Part shown: piece by piece, positions 18,191 to 27,164 of the stretch | Layout of the letters: every line of letters begins with the position of its first letter | Position numbering within the stretch: the first letter of the stretch is position 1 | NCBI GenBank assembly: GCA_964370965.1 | Contig: CAYJLW010000001.1 | Coordinates: 98,084-162,083 of the forward strand | Source of the DNA: an uncultured Acidimicrobiia bacterium | GTDB lineage: Bacteria; Actinomycetota; Acidimicrobiia; UBA2766 | Length of the DNA: 64,000 nt | Direction of reading: 5' to 3' | The notes under the pieces: generated by a model | The model's database searches: none | What the model saw: only the letters and a program-made list of their open reading frames with translations | What the model was told of the DNA's origin: nothing | Made by a program: the position numbers and the translations under genes

Positions 18191-18277
18191 CGTGCGGGTG
18201 CCTTTCCTCTCGTCCCCGGAGAACCTCCCTAGCAGTCGATCACTTCGACGCCGGGGCCGCTCGATCCTTCGCGGCGG

Positions 18278-19177
18278 CTACGCCTTGCCGTTGTCCTCCG
18301 GAGCCGACGCGGTGTCCGGAACGGCGGCCATCGTGCCGTCCTCGAGCCTGCGGGCCGCGTAGCCGTGCCGGGCGGGGTCGAAGGTCACCGGGTCCGGGAG
18401 TTGCGCGAGGGCCTCGTCGGATGTGCGGTACATGGGCCCGGGTTCGCCGCCCGCCCAGCACACCACGGCCTGGACCATGGGATTGCTCAGGGTGGGGAGG
18501 TTGCCCCCCTTGGGTTTCGCGGGCGTCCCGCCGAGGAGGATCGCGGGCGTGAGCCAGTGGCCGGAGACGACGGAGTGGGGCAGGACGGCCGTGACGTCGG
18601 ACAGGACGGTCCCCGGGTTGACCGACGACTTCGCCCCGATGCCGACTATGCGGCCGAACTTGATCGGGTCCGAGATCGCGATGCGCTCGACGTCGACCTC
18701 GCCCTTCTCGTCGAAGGCGTGGTGGGAGTCGAACATCGACACGTACTCCCCACAGCCCCCGACGGCACCCCAGTGCAGGCCCTGCTGGATGCGCAGGACG
18801 ACGCCCTTGTTGAGGCGGATGCCCCCCTCGAAGAAGATCTTCCCCGACAGGTAGATCGCCACGTCGTCCGCGAAGTGGCAGTGGGGGCCGATCAGGAACT
18901 GCGGCTCCTGGCCGAGATTGGGATCTATGAACAGCCGGAAACGGTCCTGGATCACCGTTCCCTCACCGATCCGGATCGTCGTCTTCCGCTTCCACGGCTT
19001 CACACCGGAGTGGGCGACCTCGATCTTGCAGTCGTGGCCGACACGAACCGAGGGGTGCACCTCGATGGTGACGTCGACGCCCAAGAGGCGGGCCATGAGC
19101 CGGGTGCGTTCCACGAACCACCAGCGGCGCAGCCGCGACGGCAACGAGTAACCGGTATGAAGGAGCATGCGCAGCAT
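18278..19177 (-). CDS. Left-handed beta-helix (hexapeptide) acyltransferase
   Basis: IGEGTVI, IGPHCHF hexapeptide pattern; FDSHH; GIGAKSSVNPG; GGTPAK. Confidence 0.7.
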   Translation of the reverse strand: MLRMLLHTGYSLPSRLRRWWFVERTRLMARLLGVDVTIEVHPSVRVGHDCKIEVAHSGVKPWKRKTTIRIGEGTVIQDRFRLFIDPNLGQEPQFLIGPHCHFADDVAIYLSGKIFFEGGIRLNKGVVLRIQQGLHWGAVGGCGEYVSMFDSHHAFDEKGEVDVERIAISDPIKFGRIVGIGAKSSVNPGTVLSDVTAVLPHSVVSGHWLTPAILLGGTPAKPKGGNLPTLSNPMVQAVVCWAGGEPGPMYRTSDEALAQLPDPVTFDPARHGYAARRLEDGTMAAVPDTASAPEDNGKA

Positions 19178-19246
19178 TTCGAGTCCTTTCCGACCCGACC
19201 GGGGGGTGGGGTGGTGCTACTTGGAGCGGGATTTCGATGTCGGCCC

Positions 19247-20122
19247 TCAGGACTCCTCTCCGGGATCGCCCTCTCGCCGGCTCGCAAGGAAGTCTTCGAG
19301 CTCGGCGGCGAGCTCCTCTCCGGTGGGGAGATGTCCGGGAGCGAGTGCCTCGCCGGCGTCGTAGCGGCGCTCCAGGTCCTTCACGTAGTCCACGACCTCG
19401 TCGTTCTCCCGCATCGCCTCGTTCACTCCCTCGCAGAACCTCTCGGCGTCGCCGCGGAGCTCGTCGAGCTCCAGAGTGAGGCCCGCCAGGTCGGCCACGG
19501 CTTCCACGAGCGCGAGAGCGGCCTGCGGATTCGGCGTCGCCGACACGTAGTGGGGGACGGCCGCCCACAGGCTCACGGTCTCGAGGCCCGAGCGCGAGGC
19601 GGCGTCGTGGAGCACGCCCACTATGCCCGTGGGTCCTTCGTAGCCGGAGCGCTGGAGGTGGAGACGTTCGGCGAGGGCGGCGTCGGAGGTGATCCCGGTG
19701 AGGCGCACCGGTCGCGTGTGGGGGACGTCGGCGAGGAGGGCGCCCACGGAGACGACCCGGCGGGCGCCGCTGCGCCGGGCCACCTCGAGATGGCACGCGC
19801 AGAAGTCGCGCCACCGGACGTGCGGTTCGACGCCGACGCCGAGGACGAGGTCGTGGCCGCCGGCGCGGGAGCCGTGGAAGTCGTTCACCGGCCAGTCGAG
19901 ACCCCGCGTGTCGCCGTCCACGAGGTGGACCGTGGGCCGCAGGAGCTGGAAGTCGTAGAACGGGTCCGGGTCGATTCCGGCGAAGCGCTCGGCGCCCAGG
20001 CGGTTGCGCAGGACTTCCAGGGCGGCGGTGGCGGCGTCTCCTGCGTCGTTCCAGCCTGCGAAGGCGACGACGAGAACGGGGTCGGTGAGGCCGGGGTCCG
20101 ACTCGAAACGGAGGGCGTCCAT
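19247..20122 (-). CDS. PAC2 family protein (proteasome assembly chaperone-like)
   Basis: AFAGWNDAGDAA, GVEPHVRW, ADVPHTRP, YEGPTGIVG, WAAVPHY, AEL..FL; TAGCCT 6 nt upstream. Confidence 0.92.
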   Translation of the reverse strand: MDALRFESDPGLTDPVLVVAFAGWNDAGDAATAALEVLRNRLGAERFAGIDPDPFYDFQLLRPTVHLVDGDTRGLDWPVNDFHGSRAGGHDLVLGVGVEPHVRWRDFCACHLEVARRSGARRVVSVGALLADVPHTRPVRLTGITSDAALAERLHLQRSGYEGPTGIVGVLHDAASRSGLETVSLWAAVPHYVSATPNPQAALALVEAVADLAGLTLELDELRGDAERFCEGVNEAMRENDEVVDYVKDLERRYDAGEALAPGHLPTGEELAAELEDFLASRREGDPGEES

Positions 20123-20163
20123 GTCGCCAGGCTAGCGACGGCGCCGCGGGGCGCCGCGAGCCG

Positions 20164-21192
20164 CTACGAGGCCGTCACCGCCCCGGAGGAGGGGACGAGT
20201 GACCACCATGTCGTACCCGCTGCGAGGGCGAGGGGCTTGCCCGCCTGGTCCTGAAGCCGGGTCGGCGTCGAAGGTGCCACACGGGACCAGGTGCAGGGTG
20301 TCACCGTGGCGCCCCTGGCCACGAAGCAGTTCCCGTTGCCGACCACCTTCCAGGACGGAGCCGGGTTGCCGGCGGCGTCCTTGACTCCCGTCCGCTCCAT
20401 CTCGACGGTCTGGAAGACGAGGTTCGTGAAGGCCACGGGGGCGCCGCTCGGGACGGTCTGGGGGTTCGGCCCCTTCATCCGCCTGTAGCGGCCGGTGGCA
20501 CCGTCCCAGGTCCACGTGACCACGTTGCGGGGTGCGAACGTCACCTTCAACGTTCCTGCCGGGGTTCCGCCGGGGAGGGGCGTGGAGGCGAACGACCACT
20601 GCTCGGGTGGGGCGCCGTTCTTCTGCGCGAGGGAGTCGTAGATTGCCTGTGAGCTCGTGAAGACGTTGTGGGGCGCCCTCCGGGAGCGGTTGCGAGTGAA
20701 GAGCTTCGCCCACTCGCTGTCCTGGGTGCGGGTCTCGATCCCGGCGCGCTCGACCTCCCGGAGGAACGCTGCCGCGCCCCCCGAGAAGACGAGGACGGGA
20801 CGCCCCAGGGAGCCGGCGAGGACGGGGTCGACGGGTCGCACGGAGCGGATGGGCCCGATCTCCGGGACGTCCTGGGAGTGCACCACAGCCATGAACCTGG
20901 TGAGGCCGCCCTCCACGACCTCCTCGTAGACGACGTCGCTGAGGTCGAGGCCGGCCTGGGGCTGTGCCGCCGGGGCGTTGTCGATCTTGAACAGCAGCGC
21001 CCGGCGTTGCGTGCCCGCCGGCCCCTCCGGCATGCCCGTGAGCGGTGCCGGCTTCGGCTTGGTCGTCGTGGTCGTGGTCGTGGGCCGCTTCCTGGGCGAC
21101 GCGGAGGGCTCATCGAAGCCGGTGCCCGACGCGCACGCCCCCAGGAGAGCGGCGACGGCGAGAAGGGAAGCCACCCTGCGGGTCTGTGCCAT
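20164..21192 (-). CDS. DUF3048 family lipoprotein
   Basis: Lipobox LGAC; KIDN..AAQPQAGL..SDVVYEEVVEGGLTRF, GPIRSVRP, RRAPHN. Confidence 0.88.
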   Translation of the reverse strand: MAQTRRVASLLAVAALLGACASGTGFDEPSASPRKRPTTTTTTTKPKPAPLTGMPEGPAGTQRRALLFKIDNAPAAQPQAGLDLSDVVYEEVVEGGLTRFMAVVHSQDVPEIGPIRSVRPVDPVLAGSLGRPVLVFSGGAAAFLREVERAGIETRTQDSEWAKLFTRNRSRRAPHNVFTSSQAIYDSLAQKNGAPPEQWSFASTPLPGGTPAGTLKVTFAPRNVVTWTWDGATGRYRRMKGPNPQTVPSGAPVAFTNLVFQTVEMERTGVKDAAGNPAPSWKVVGNGNCFVARGATVTPCTWSRVAPSTPTRLQDQAGKPLALAAGTTWWSLVPSSGAVTAS

Positions 21193-21253
21193 GACGGAAG
21201 TGATAGCAGCGCGGGCCCGTGCGGCGGTACCCCGGCGTGTACGCTCCCGCGCC

Positions 21254-22426
21254 GTGACGGGAGAAACGCTCCGTGCGGAACTCGTGCGCCTCGTCCGCGA
21301 CTTCGTCGAGGCGGAGGTCGTCCCGGCCGCCGCTGAGCACGACGCCCAGGACACGTACCCGGGCGCCATCATCGACGGCATGCGGGAACTCGGCCTTTTC
21401 GGCATCACCGTGCCCGAGGAGTACGGCGGCCTCGGTCTCGACCTCACGACATACTCCATGGTCGTCGAAGAGCTCGCACGCGGGTGGATGTCCACGTCGG
21501 GTGTCCTCAACACCCACTTCATGACGTGCTTCCTCGTCAACACGTTCGGCACCGAGGACCAGCGGCGGCGCTTCCTCCCGCGCCTCGCGAGAGGCGAGGT
21601 ACGGGGGGCCTTCTCGATGTCGGAGCCCGACTGCGGATCCGACGTGCAGGCGATCCGCACGAGCGCCGTCCGTGACGGCGACGAATACGTCGTGCGCGGA
21701 ACGAAGATGTGGGTCACGAACGGCCTTCACGCGGGTGTCATGAGCACCCTGGTGAAGACGACCGTGGGCACAGAACCGGCGCACCGGGGGATGAGCGTGC
21801 TGCTCGTGGAGAAGCAGCCGGGGCGCGAGCGCGACGGCGGTGTCCTCGTGACCCGCCGGATCCACAAGCTCGGCTACCGGGGCATCGAGACCGTCGAGAT
21901 CGTCTTCGACGACCACCGGGTCCCGGCGGCGGATCTCCTCGGGGGCGAGGAGGGCCACGGGTTCCAGCAGATGATGGCGGCCGTCGAGCTCGGCCGGGTG
22001 AACATCGCGTCGCGGGCCGTGGGTGTGGCCCAGCGGGCCTTCGAAGAGTCCATCCGGTACGCGCAGCAGCGTCACAGCTTCGGCCGGCCCATCGCCGAGC
22101 ACCAGGCGATCCAGTTCAAGCTCGCCGAGATGGCCACGAAGATCGCCGCCGCCCGTCTCCTCGCCCGCGACGCTGCCGCCAGGAAGGACTCGGGGGACCG
22201 TTCCGACCTCGAGGCCGGGATGGCGAAGTACTTCGCCTCCGAGGCTTGCCAGGAGGTCTGCACGGAGGCCCTCCGCCTCTTCGGCGGGTACGGCTACGCG
22301 GCGGAGTTCCCGATCGAGCGCCTGTACCGTGACGCCCCCCTCATGCTCGTGGGCGAGGGCACGAGCGAGATCCAGAAGCTGGTCATCGCGAGACGCCTGC
22401 TGGAGCGGTGGCGGTTCCCCGCCTGA
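21254..22426 (+). CDS. Acyl-CoA dehydrogenase
   Basis: GAFSMSEPDCGSD, GTKMWVTNG, KLGYRG, QQRHSFGRPI, GGYGY, RDA..VGEGTSEIQ. Confidence 0.93.
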   Translation: MTGETLRAELVRLVRDFVEAEVVPAAAEHDAQDTYPGAIIDGMRELGLFGITVPEEYGGLGLDLTTYSMVVEELARGWMSTSGVLNTHFMTCFLVNTFGTEDQRRRFLPRLARGEVRGAFSMSEPDCGSDVQAIRTSAVRDGDEYVVRGTKMWVTNGLHAGVMSTLVKTTVGTEPAHRGMSVLLVEKQPGRERDGGVLVTRRIHKLGYRGIETVEIVFDDHRVPAADLLGGEEGHGFQQMMAAVELGRVNIASRAVGVAQRAFEESIRYAQQRHSFGRPIAEHQAIQFKLAEMATKIAAARLLARDAAARKDSGDRSDLEAGMAKYFASEACQEVCTEALRLFGGYGYAAEFPIERLYRDAPLMLVGEGTSEIQKLVIARRLLERWRFPA

Positions 22427-22570
22427 TGGGACGGGTCCGGCGAGTTCCCGGCCCCGCCACAGCGTGGGGAGAGTGTGGCATGACGAGCGTCCCTCGAGGT
22501 CAACGGACGTCCCTTCGGGGCTCCTCCCGAGGAGCCGGGGGGCGGCTCAAGGCGTGTTCGGAACCCGTCG

Positions 22571-24592
22571 ATGCTGCACGTCATGGGAGAACGTGAGGGG
22601 TCCGCCGGGGTGGAGCCCGACGCCGGGCTGGTGAGCCGCGCGCTGGAGGCGTCGGGGAACGGGATCCTGATCACCGACCCCCGGCGGACGGACAACCCCA
22701 TCGTCTACGTGAACGCCGCCTTCGAGCGGCTCACGGGCTACCGTGCCGTCGACGCCATCGGTCGCAACCCCCGCTTCCTGCACCGCGACGACAGCGATCA
22801 GGCGGCGCTCTCGGAGCTCCGCAGGGGCGTGGCCGAGGCGCGTCCCGCGAGTGTCGTCCTGCGCAACTACCGCCGGGACGGGCGCCAGACATGGGTCGAG
22901 CTCGACGTGTCTCCCGTCTTCGACGACGACGACGTCCTCGTGGCCTTCATCGGCGTCCAACACGACGTCACGCTGCACAAGTTCGCCGAGGAGGCGCTCC
23001 TGCACGCCCGGACACAGGCACTCGCCGCGTCCCGGTTGAAGTCGGAGTTCCTGGCCACGATGAGCCACGAGATCCGCACGCCGATGTCGGCGATCATCGG
23101 GATGAGCGACCTTCTCCTCGACATGGGTCTCGACGAGGAGCAGACGGGGGCGGCGCGCATGGTGCGCGACGCCGCGGGTTCACTCATGCAGATCCTGGAC
23201 GACATCCTCGATTTCTCCCGCATCGAGGCGGGGGAGCTCACTCTGGAGGCGAGGGACTTCGAGCCCGGGCGCCTTCTCGAGGAGGTCGTCGGTCTCCTCG
23301 GCCAGCAGTCCAGGGACAAAGGACTCGCCCTCTCTGTCCACGTGGACGGCCTCGTCTCTCCGGTGCTCACCGGCGACCCGCTCCGGCTCCGGCAGGTCCT
23401 CGTGAACCTCGTCGGGAACTCCCTCAAGTTCACCGACGAGGGCAGTGTCGAAGTGCGGGTGGGGCAGCTCGCGAGCGACGCCGCCACGGAGACGATCCGC
23501 TTCGAGGTCGCCGACACCGGAATCGGTCTCGACGCCGCCGACCACGCCCGCCTCTTCCAGCCGTTCACGCAGGCGGACGGGTCCATCACCCGCAAGCACG
23601 GGGGAACCGGTCTCGGCCTGTCCATCTGCCGGCGTCTCGTCGATCTCATGGGCGGCACGATCGGGGCGGAGGGCGAGCCGGGTGGCGGAGCCATGTTCTG
23701 GTTCACCGTCCGGCTCCTGAGACCCGAGACTGCGCCGGGTCCCGCTGTCACGCCCGTGGCCACGGCGACGCCGCCACGCCCGGTCATGCCCAGCGTCCCG
23801 CCGCCCGCGCCCGAGACGGACGCCGGCGGCGCGCATGTCCTCCTGGCGGAAGACAACGAGGTCAACCAGCGGGTCGCGTGTCTGCAGCTCAAGAAGCTGG
23901 GCTACTCGGTCGATGTGGTCGCGAACGGACGCGAGGCCGTCGAGGCGGTCCGGCGGCGCCGCTACGGCGTCGTCCTCATGGACTGCCAGATGCCCGTGAT
24001 GGACGGCCTCGAGGCCACCCGCACGATCAGGCGGGCGGAGCGGCCCGACGGCGGGCGGCTCCCGATCATCGCCATCACGGCGAACGCCATGGTCGGGGAC
24101 AGGGAGGCGTGTCTGGCGGCCGGCATGGACGAGTACATCGCCAAACCGGTCGACATCGGCGTGCTGAGCGAGACGCTGGAGAGATGGATGGACGAACAGG
24201 TGGAACCGATGGACGTGCAGAACGCGACCGGCAGCGCCGGCAGCGTGGAGGTGCTGGACGCCGAGGTCCTCGCGTCCCTCCGGGAGCTGCAGGCCGACGA
24301 CGACCCTGACTTCGTCGCCGAGCTCATCGACGTGTTCCTGGAGGACTCCCCGGCGCGGTTGCGGGACATACGCGCGGCAGCGGCGGAAGGTGACGCAGAC
24401 CGCCTCGTGCGGGCCGCCCACACCCTGAAGTCCGCCTCGGCGAACGTCGGGGCCGCGCGGGTCTCAGACGTCTGTGCCCGCATCGAGGATCGGGGCAAGA
24501 TGGGCGACCTCGCCGACGCCATGGCCATGGTGCAGGCCGTCGAGGCGGAGTTCGAGCGCGCCGCCCACGCTCTCATGCACGAGCGGGGCTGA
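22571..24592 (+). CDS. Soluble hybrid histidine kinase: LOV-like PAS, HisKA, HATPase, REC, Hpt
   Basis: MSHEIRTPM, NLVGNSLKFT, DTGIG, GGTGLGLSI, LMDCQMP, AHTLKSAS; N-terminal DNPIVYVN..F..LTGY..GRNPRFLH. Confidence 0.93.
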   Translation: MLHVMGEREGSAGVEPDAGLVSRALEASGNGILITDPRRTDNPIVYVNAAFERLTGYRAVDAIGRNPRFLHRDDSDQAALSELRRGVAEARPASVVLRNYRRDGRQTWVELDVSPVFDDDDVLVAFIGVQHDVTLHKFAEEALLHARTQALAASRLKSEFLATMSHEIRTPMSAIIGMSDLLLDMGLDEEQTGAARMVRDAAGSLMQILDDILDFSRIEAGELTLEARDFEPGRLLEEVVGLLGQQSRDKGLALSVHVDGLVSPVLTGDPLRLRQVLVNLVGNSLKFTDEGSVEVRVGQLASDAATETIRFEVADTGIGLDAADHARLFQPFTQADGSITRKHGGTGLGLSICRRLVDLMGGTIGAEGEPGGGAMFWFTVRLLRPETAPGPAVTPVATATPPRPVMPSVPPPAPETDAGGAHVLLAEDNEVNQRVACLQLKKLGYSVDVVANGREAVEAVRRRRYGVVLMDCQMPVMDGLEATRTIRRAERPDGGRLPIIAITANAMVGDREACLAAGMDEYIAKPVDIGVLSETLERWMDEQVEPMDVQNATGSAGSVEVLDAEVLASLRELQADDDPDFVAELIDVFLEDSPARLRDIRAAAAEGDADRLVRAAHTLKSASANVGAARVSDVCARIEDRGKMGDLADAMAMVQAVEAEFERAAHALMHERG

Positions 24593-24636
24593 CAGGCCCG
24601 GCGGGCGTCGGGTCCCCCGGTCGCAGCGAGGTCTCA

Positions 24637-24660
24637 GAGGGGGGGCTTGGTCCCCCACGA
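24637..24660. repeat. Possible degenerate third copy of the palindromic repeat
   Basis: GAGGGGGGGCTTGGTCCCCCACGA versus GAGGGGGGACGGAGTCCCCCTTCGA; again at the 3' side of a minus-strand gene (the tRNA). Confidence 0.35.
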
Positions 24661-24666
24661 GTGGAG

Positions 24667-24738
<72 letters not shown>

Positions 24739-24813
24739 GGATGCGCGCAGTGTAGCCCCCGCCCTCTCCAACTACCCTCGGTGTCCCAGGCCCCGCGAAC
24801 CAGCCCCGCCCAC

Positions 24814-26145
24814 ATGACCGACGCACTCCCGCCAGATCTCGTACCCGTACTGCCCGCGACGGCGGCCGTGAACGCCGCCGGTCACCTCGAGGTGGGCGGT
24901 TGCGACACCCTGGCGCTGGCCGAGGAGTTCGGCACCCCGCTCTTCGTGTACGACGAGGACGACTTGCGGGGTCGCTGCCGCGAGTTCCGTGAGGCCTTCG
25001 CCTCACAGCCGGTCCGGGGCCGTGTGGCGTACGCCTCCAAGGCGTTCAGCTGCCTGGCCATGGTCCGTCTCGTCGCCGAGGAGGGCCTCTGGCTCGACGT
25101 CGCCACCGGCGGGGAGCTCGCCGTCGCCTTGGCGGGGGGCTTCCCGGCTGCGCGGGTCATCCTCCACGGCAACAACAAGAGCGAGGCGGAGATCGCCGCC
25201 GCGCTCGACGCCGGCGTGGGGCGCATCGCCGTGGACTCCGAGGCGGACGTCGACATGGTCGACCGTCTCGTCACGGCCCGTGTCGGCGGCGCCGCGGAGG
25301 TGCACCTCCGCCTCACCCCCGGCATCGACGCCGACACCCACGAGTACATCCGCACCGGCCAGGAGGACTCCAAGTTCGGCCTCGGTCTGCGCAGCGGGCA
25401 GGCGCTCGCCGTCGCCAAGCGCATCGGCGGTCTGGACACGATCGTGCTCCGGGGCGTGCACTGCCACATCGGCAGCCAGATCCTCGACCTCGCCGGGTTC
25501 CGGGACGCCGTCGAGGCAGTCATGGGCTTCGTGGCCGAGGCGGGTCCTGCTTCCGGGTCCGAGCTCCGCGAGGTCAACCTCGGCGGTGGGCTCGGGATCG
25601 CCTACACGGCGGGCGAGCGGGCCACGTCGCCGGGGGAGTGGGCCCGTCTCCTGAGCGGCGCCGTCGCGGAGCGGGCGGCGGCCGCCGGCGTGGCGGACCC
25701 CACGATCTTCGTGGAGCCGGGTCGGGCGATCGCCGGGCGCGCCGGGATCACCCTCTACACCGTGGGCACGATCAAGAACATCCCCGGCGTGCGCACGTAC
25801 GTAGCCGTCGACGGAGGCATCAGCGACAACCTCCGCCCCGCCCTCTACGGCGCCCGCTACGAGGCGATGCTCGCCGAGCGTCCCTCTGCCCCCAGGAGCG
25901 GGGCAGCCACGGTGGCGGGCAAGCACTGTGAGAGCGGAGACGTCGTCGTCGAGGATGCCCTGCTGCCCGCAGACGTCGCCCCGGGGGACGTCCTCGTGAC
26001 GCCCGCGACGGGTGCCTACGGTTACGCCATGGCGAACAACTACAACCTCGTCGGCCGCCCGGCCGTCGTGTTCGTGAGCCGCGGCGCAGCCCGCGTCGTG
26101 GTCCGCCGTGAGGAGGTCGCCGACCTCGTGCGGCTCATGCAGTGA
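24814..26145 (+). CDS. lysA: Diaminopimelate decarboxylase
   Basis: YASKAF (PLP Lys), HGNNKS, SKFGL, HCHIGSQI, NLGGG, EPGR, GKHCESGD, GAYGY.M.NNYN. Confidence 0.97.
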   Translation: MTDALPPDLVPVLPATAAVNAAGHLEVGGCDTLALAEEFGTPLFVYDEDDLRGRCREFREAFASQPVRGRVAYASKAFSCLAMVRLVAEEGLWLDVATGGELAVALAGGFPAARVILHGNNKSEAEIAAALDAGVGRIAVDSEADVDMVDRLVTARVGGAAEVHLRLTPGIDADTHEYIRTGQEDSKFGLGLRSGQALAVAKRIGGLDTIVLRGVHCHIGSQILDLAGFRDAVEAVMGFVAEAGPASGSELREVNLGGGLGIAYTAGERATSPGEWARLLSGAVAERAAAAGVADPTIFVEPGRAIAGRAGITLYTVGTIKNIPGVRTYVAVDGGISDNLRPALYGARYEAMLAERPSAPRSGAATVAGKHCESGDVVVEDALLPADVAPGDVLVTPATGAYGYAMANNYNLVGRPAVVFVSRGAARVVVRREEVADLVRLMQ

Positions 26146-27113
26146 CGCGGCGCCGGGTTCCCGCCGTGGTCCTCGCAGTCTGGCTCGGGTCTGCCGCCTG
26201 CGCAGGGACAACGCAGGAGAGCCGCATCGCCGACGCCACGGCGACGCCGACGCCCACGTCGAGCGCCTTGGCGAGCGGGCCCTTCAAGGACGGCGGCGCC
26301 TACCGGTTCGCGGACGTGGTCCTCGACGAGGCCTCGTGCCGGGAGACCCCGGCGCGCGACCCGCTCGACATCGTCCCGAACCCCGCACGTCAGACGCCAG
26401 GGACCGGTCCCGTGAACGTCGACCTGGCGGAGGCGGACGTCGCCGCGGTAGCCGACACCATCGGGGACATGCGCCTCCGGGTGGCCGCCGACGGGACGCT
26501 CCTGGTCTCCTCCGCCAAGCCCGACCGCAGCGCCACGATGCCCTGGGTGGGCAACGTCGACCGCCGAAACCCGGCGCGTCTGTCGTTCACATCCGTGGCG
26601 GCCGAGTCCGGCGACCGCACCGTGCGGGGCGTTCTCCTCGTCGAGAGCGACCTCCGGGGCCGTCTCAACCTGGAGTGGCGGGAGTCCACGATGCTCCCCC
26701 CCTGGTTCGGGCCCGCCCACGCCGACCCGGCCCGCTGCGAGGCCGATGCGGTCGTCCGGGTCGAGCGCACGGGCGACGCCCCGCCTCCCGCCCCGCCCGC
26801 GCCCAGCGGACTCGTCGTCGTGCAGAAGGCCACGCCCCCACCCGCGGCGGGTTCCGCTCTCGCCGCCACGGTGGCGGGCCTCTCCACCCTCACCTGGTTC
26901 ATCGGCGAGAGCGGCACCCTGGGACTGAAGGACGCCGACGCCAAGACCGTGGCCGTGGGAACGGGCATCCCCCGTGGGGGTGCATACGTCGTCGTGCTCG
27001 ACGGCACAGCGGGAGGCCAGGCCTTCTCCCTGCGGGGCACCCGGACGGCCGACGGCGGTTTCCGCTGTACCCTGAGCGCCGCCGGGGGAGAGGCGGCCCT
27101 CGAGCTGGCATGA
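26142..27113 (+). CDS. Hypothetical lipoprotein
   Basis: Basic N-terminus, hydrophobic stretch and lipobox SAAC; GTGA overlap with the lysA stop; Pro-rich linker separates two beta-rich regions. Confidence 0.65.
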   Translation: MTRRRVPAVVLAVWLGSAACAGTTQESRIADATATPTPTSSALASGPFKDGGAYRFADVVLDEASCRETPARDPLDIVPNPARQTPGTGPVNVDLAEADVAAVADTIGDMRLRVAADGTLLVSSAKPDRSATMPWVGNVDRRNPARLSFTSVAAESGDRTVRGVLLVESDLRGRLNLEWRESTMLPPWFGPAHADPARCEADAVVRVERTGDAPPPAPPAPSGLVVVQKATPPPAAGSALAATVAGLSTLTWFIGESGTLGLKDADAKTVAVGTGIPRGGAYVVVLDGTAGGQAFSLRGTRTADGGFRCTLSAAGGEAALELA

Positions 27114-27164
27114 GAGACCGACGTCCCGATGACCTGGTGACTTGGTGACCCCGAGAGCGACGAC

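Noticed and set aside
22427-22570. Hairpin-rich spacer before the hybrid kinase as another repeat copy or riboswitch
   Set aside because: Only a short GGCTCCT/AGGAGCC stem; too little similarity to the repeat core.
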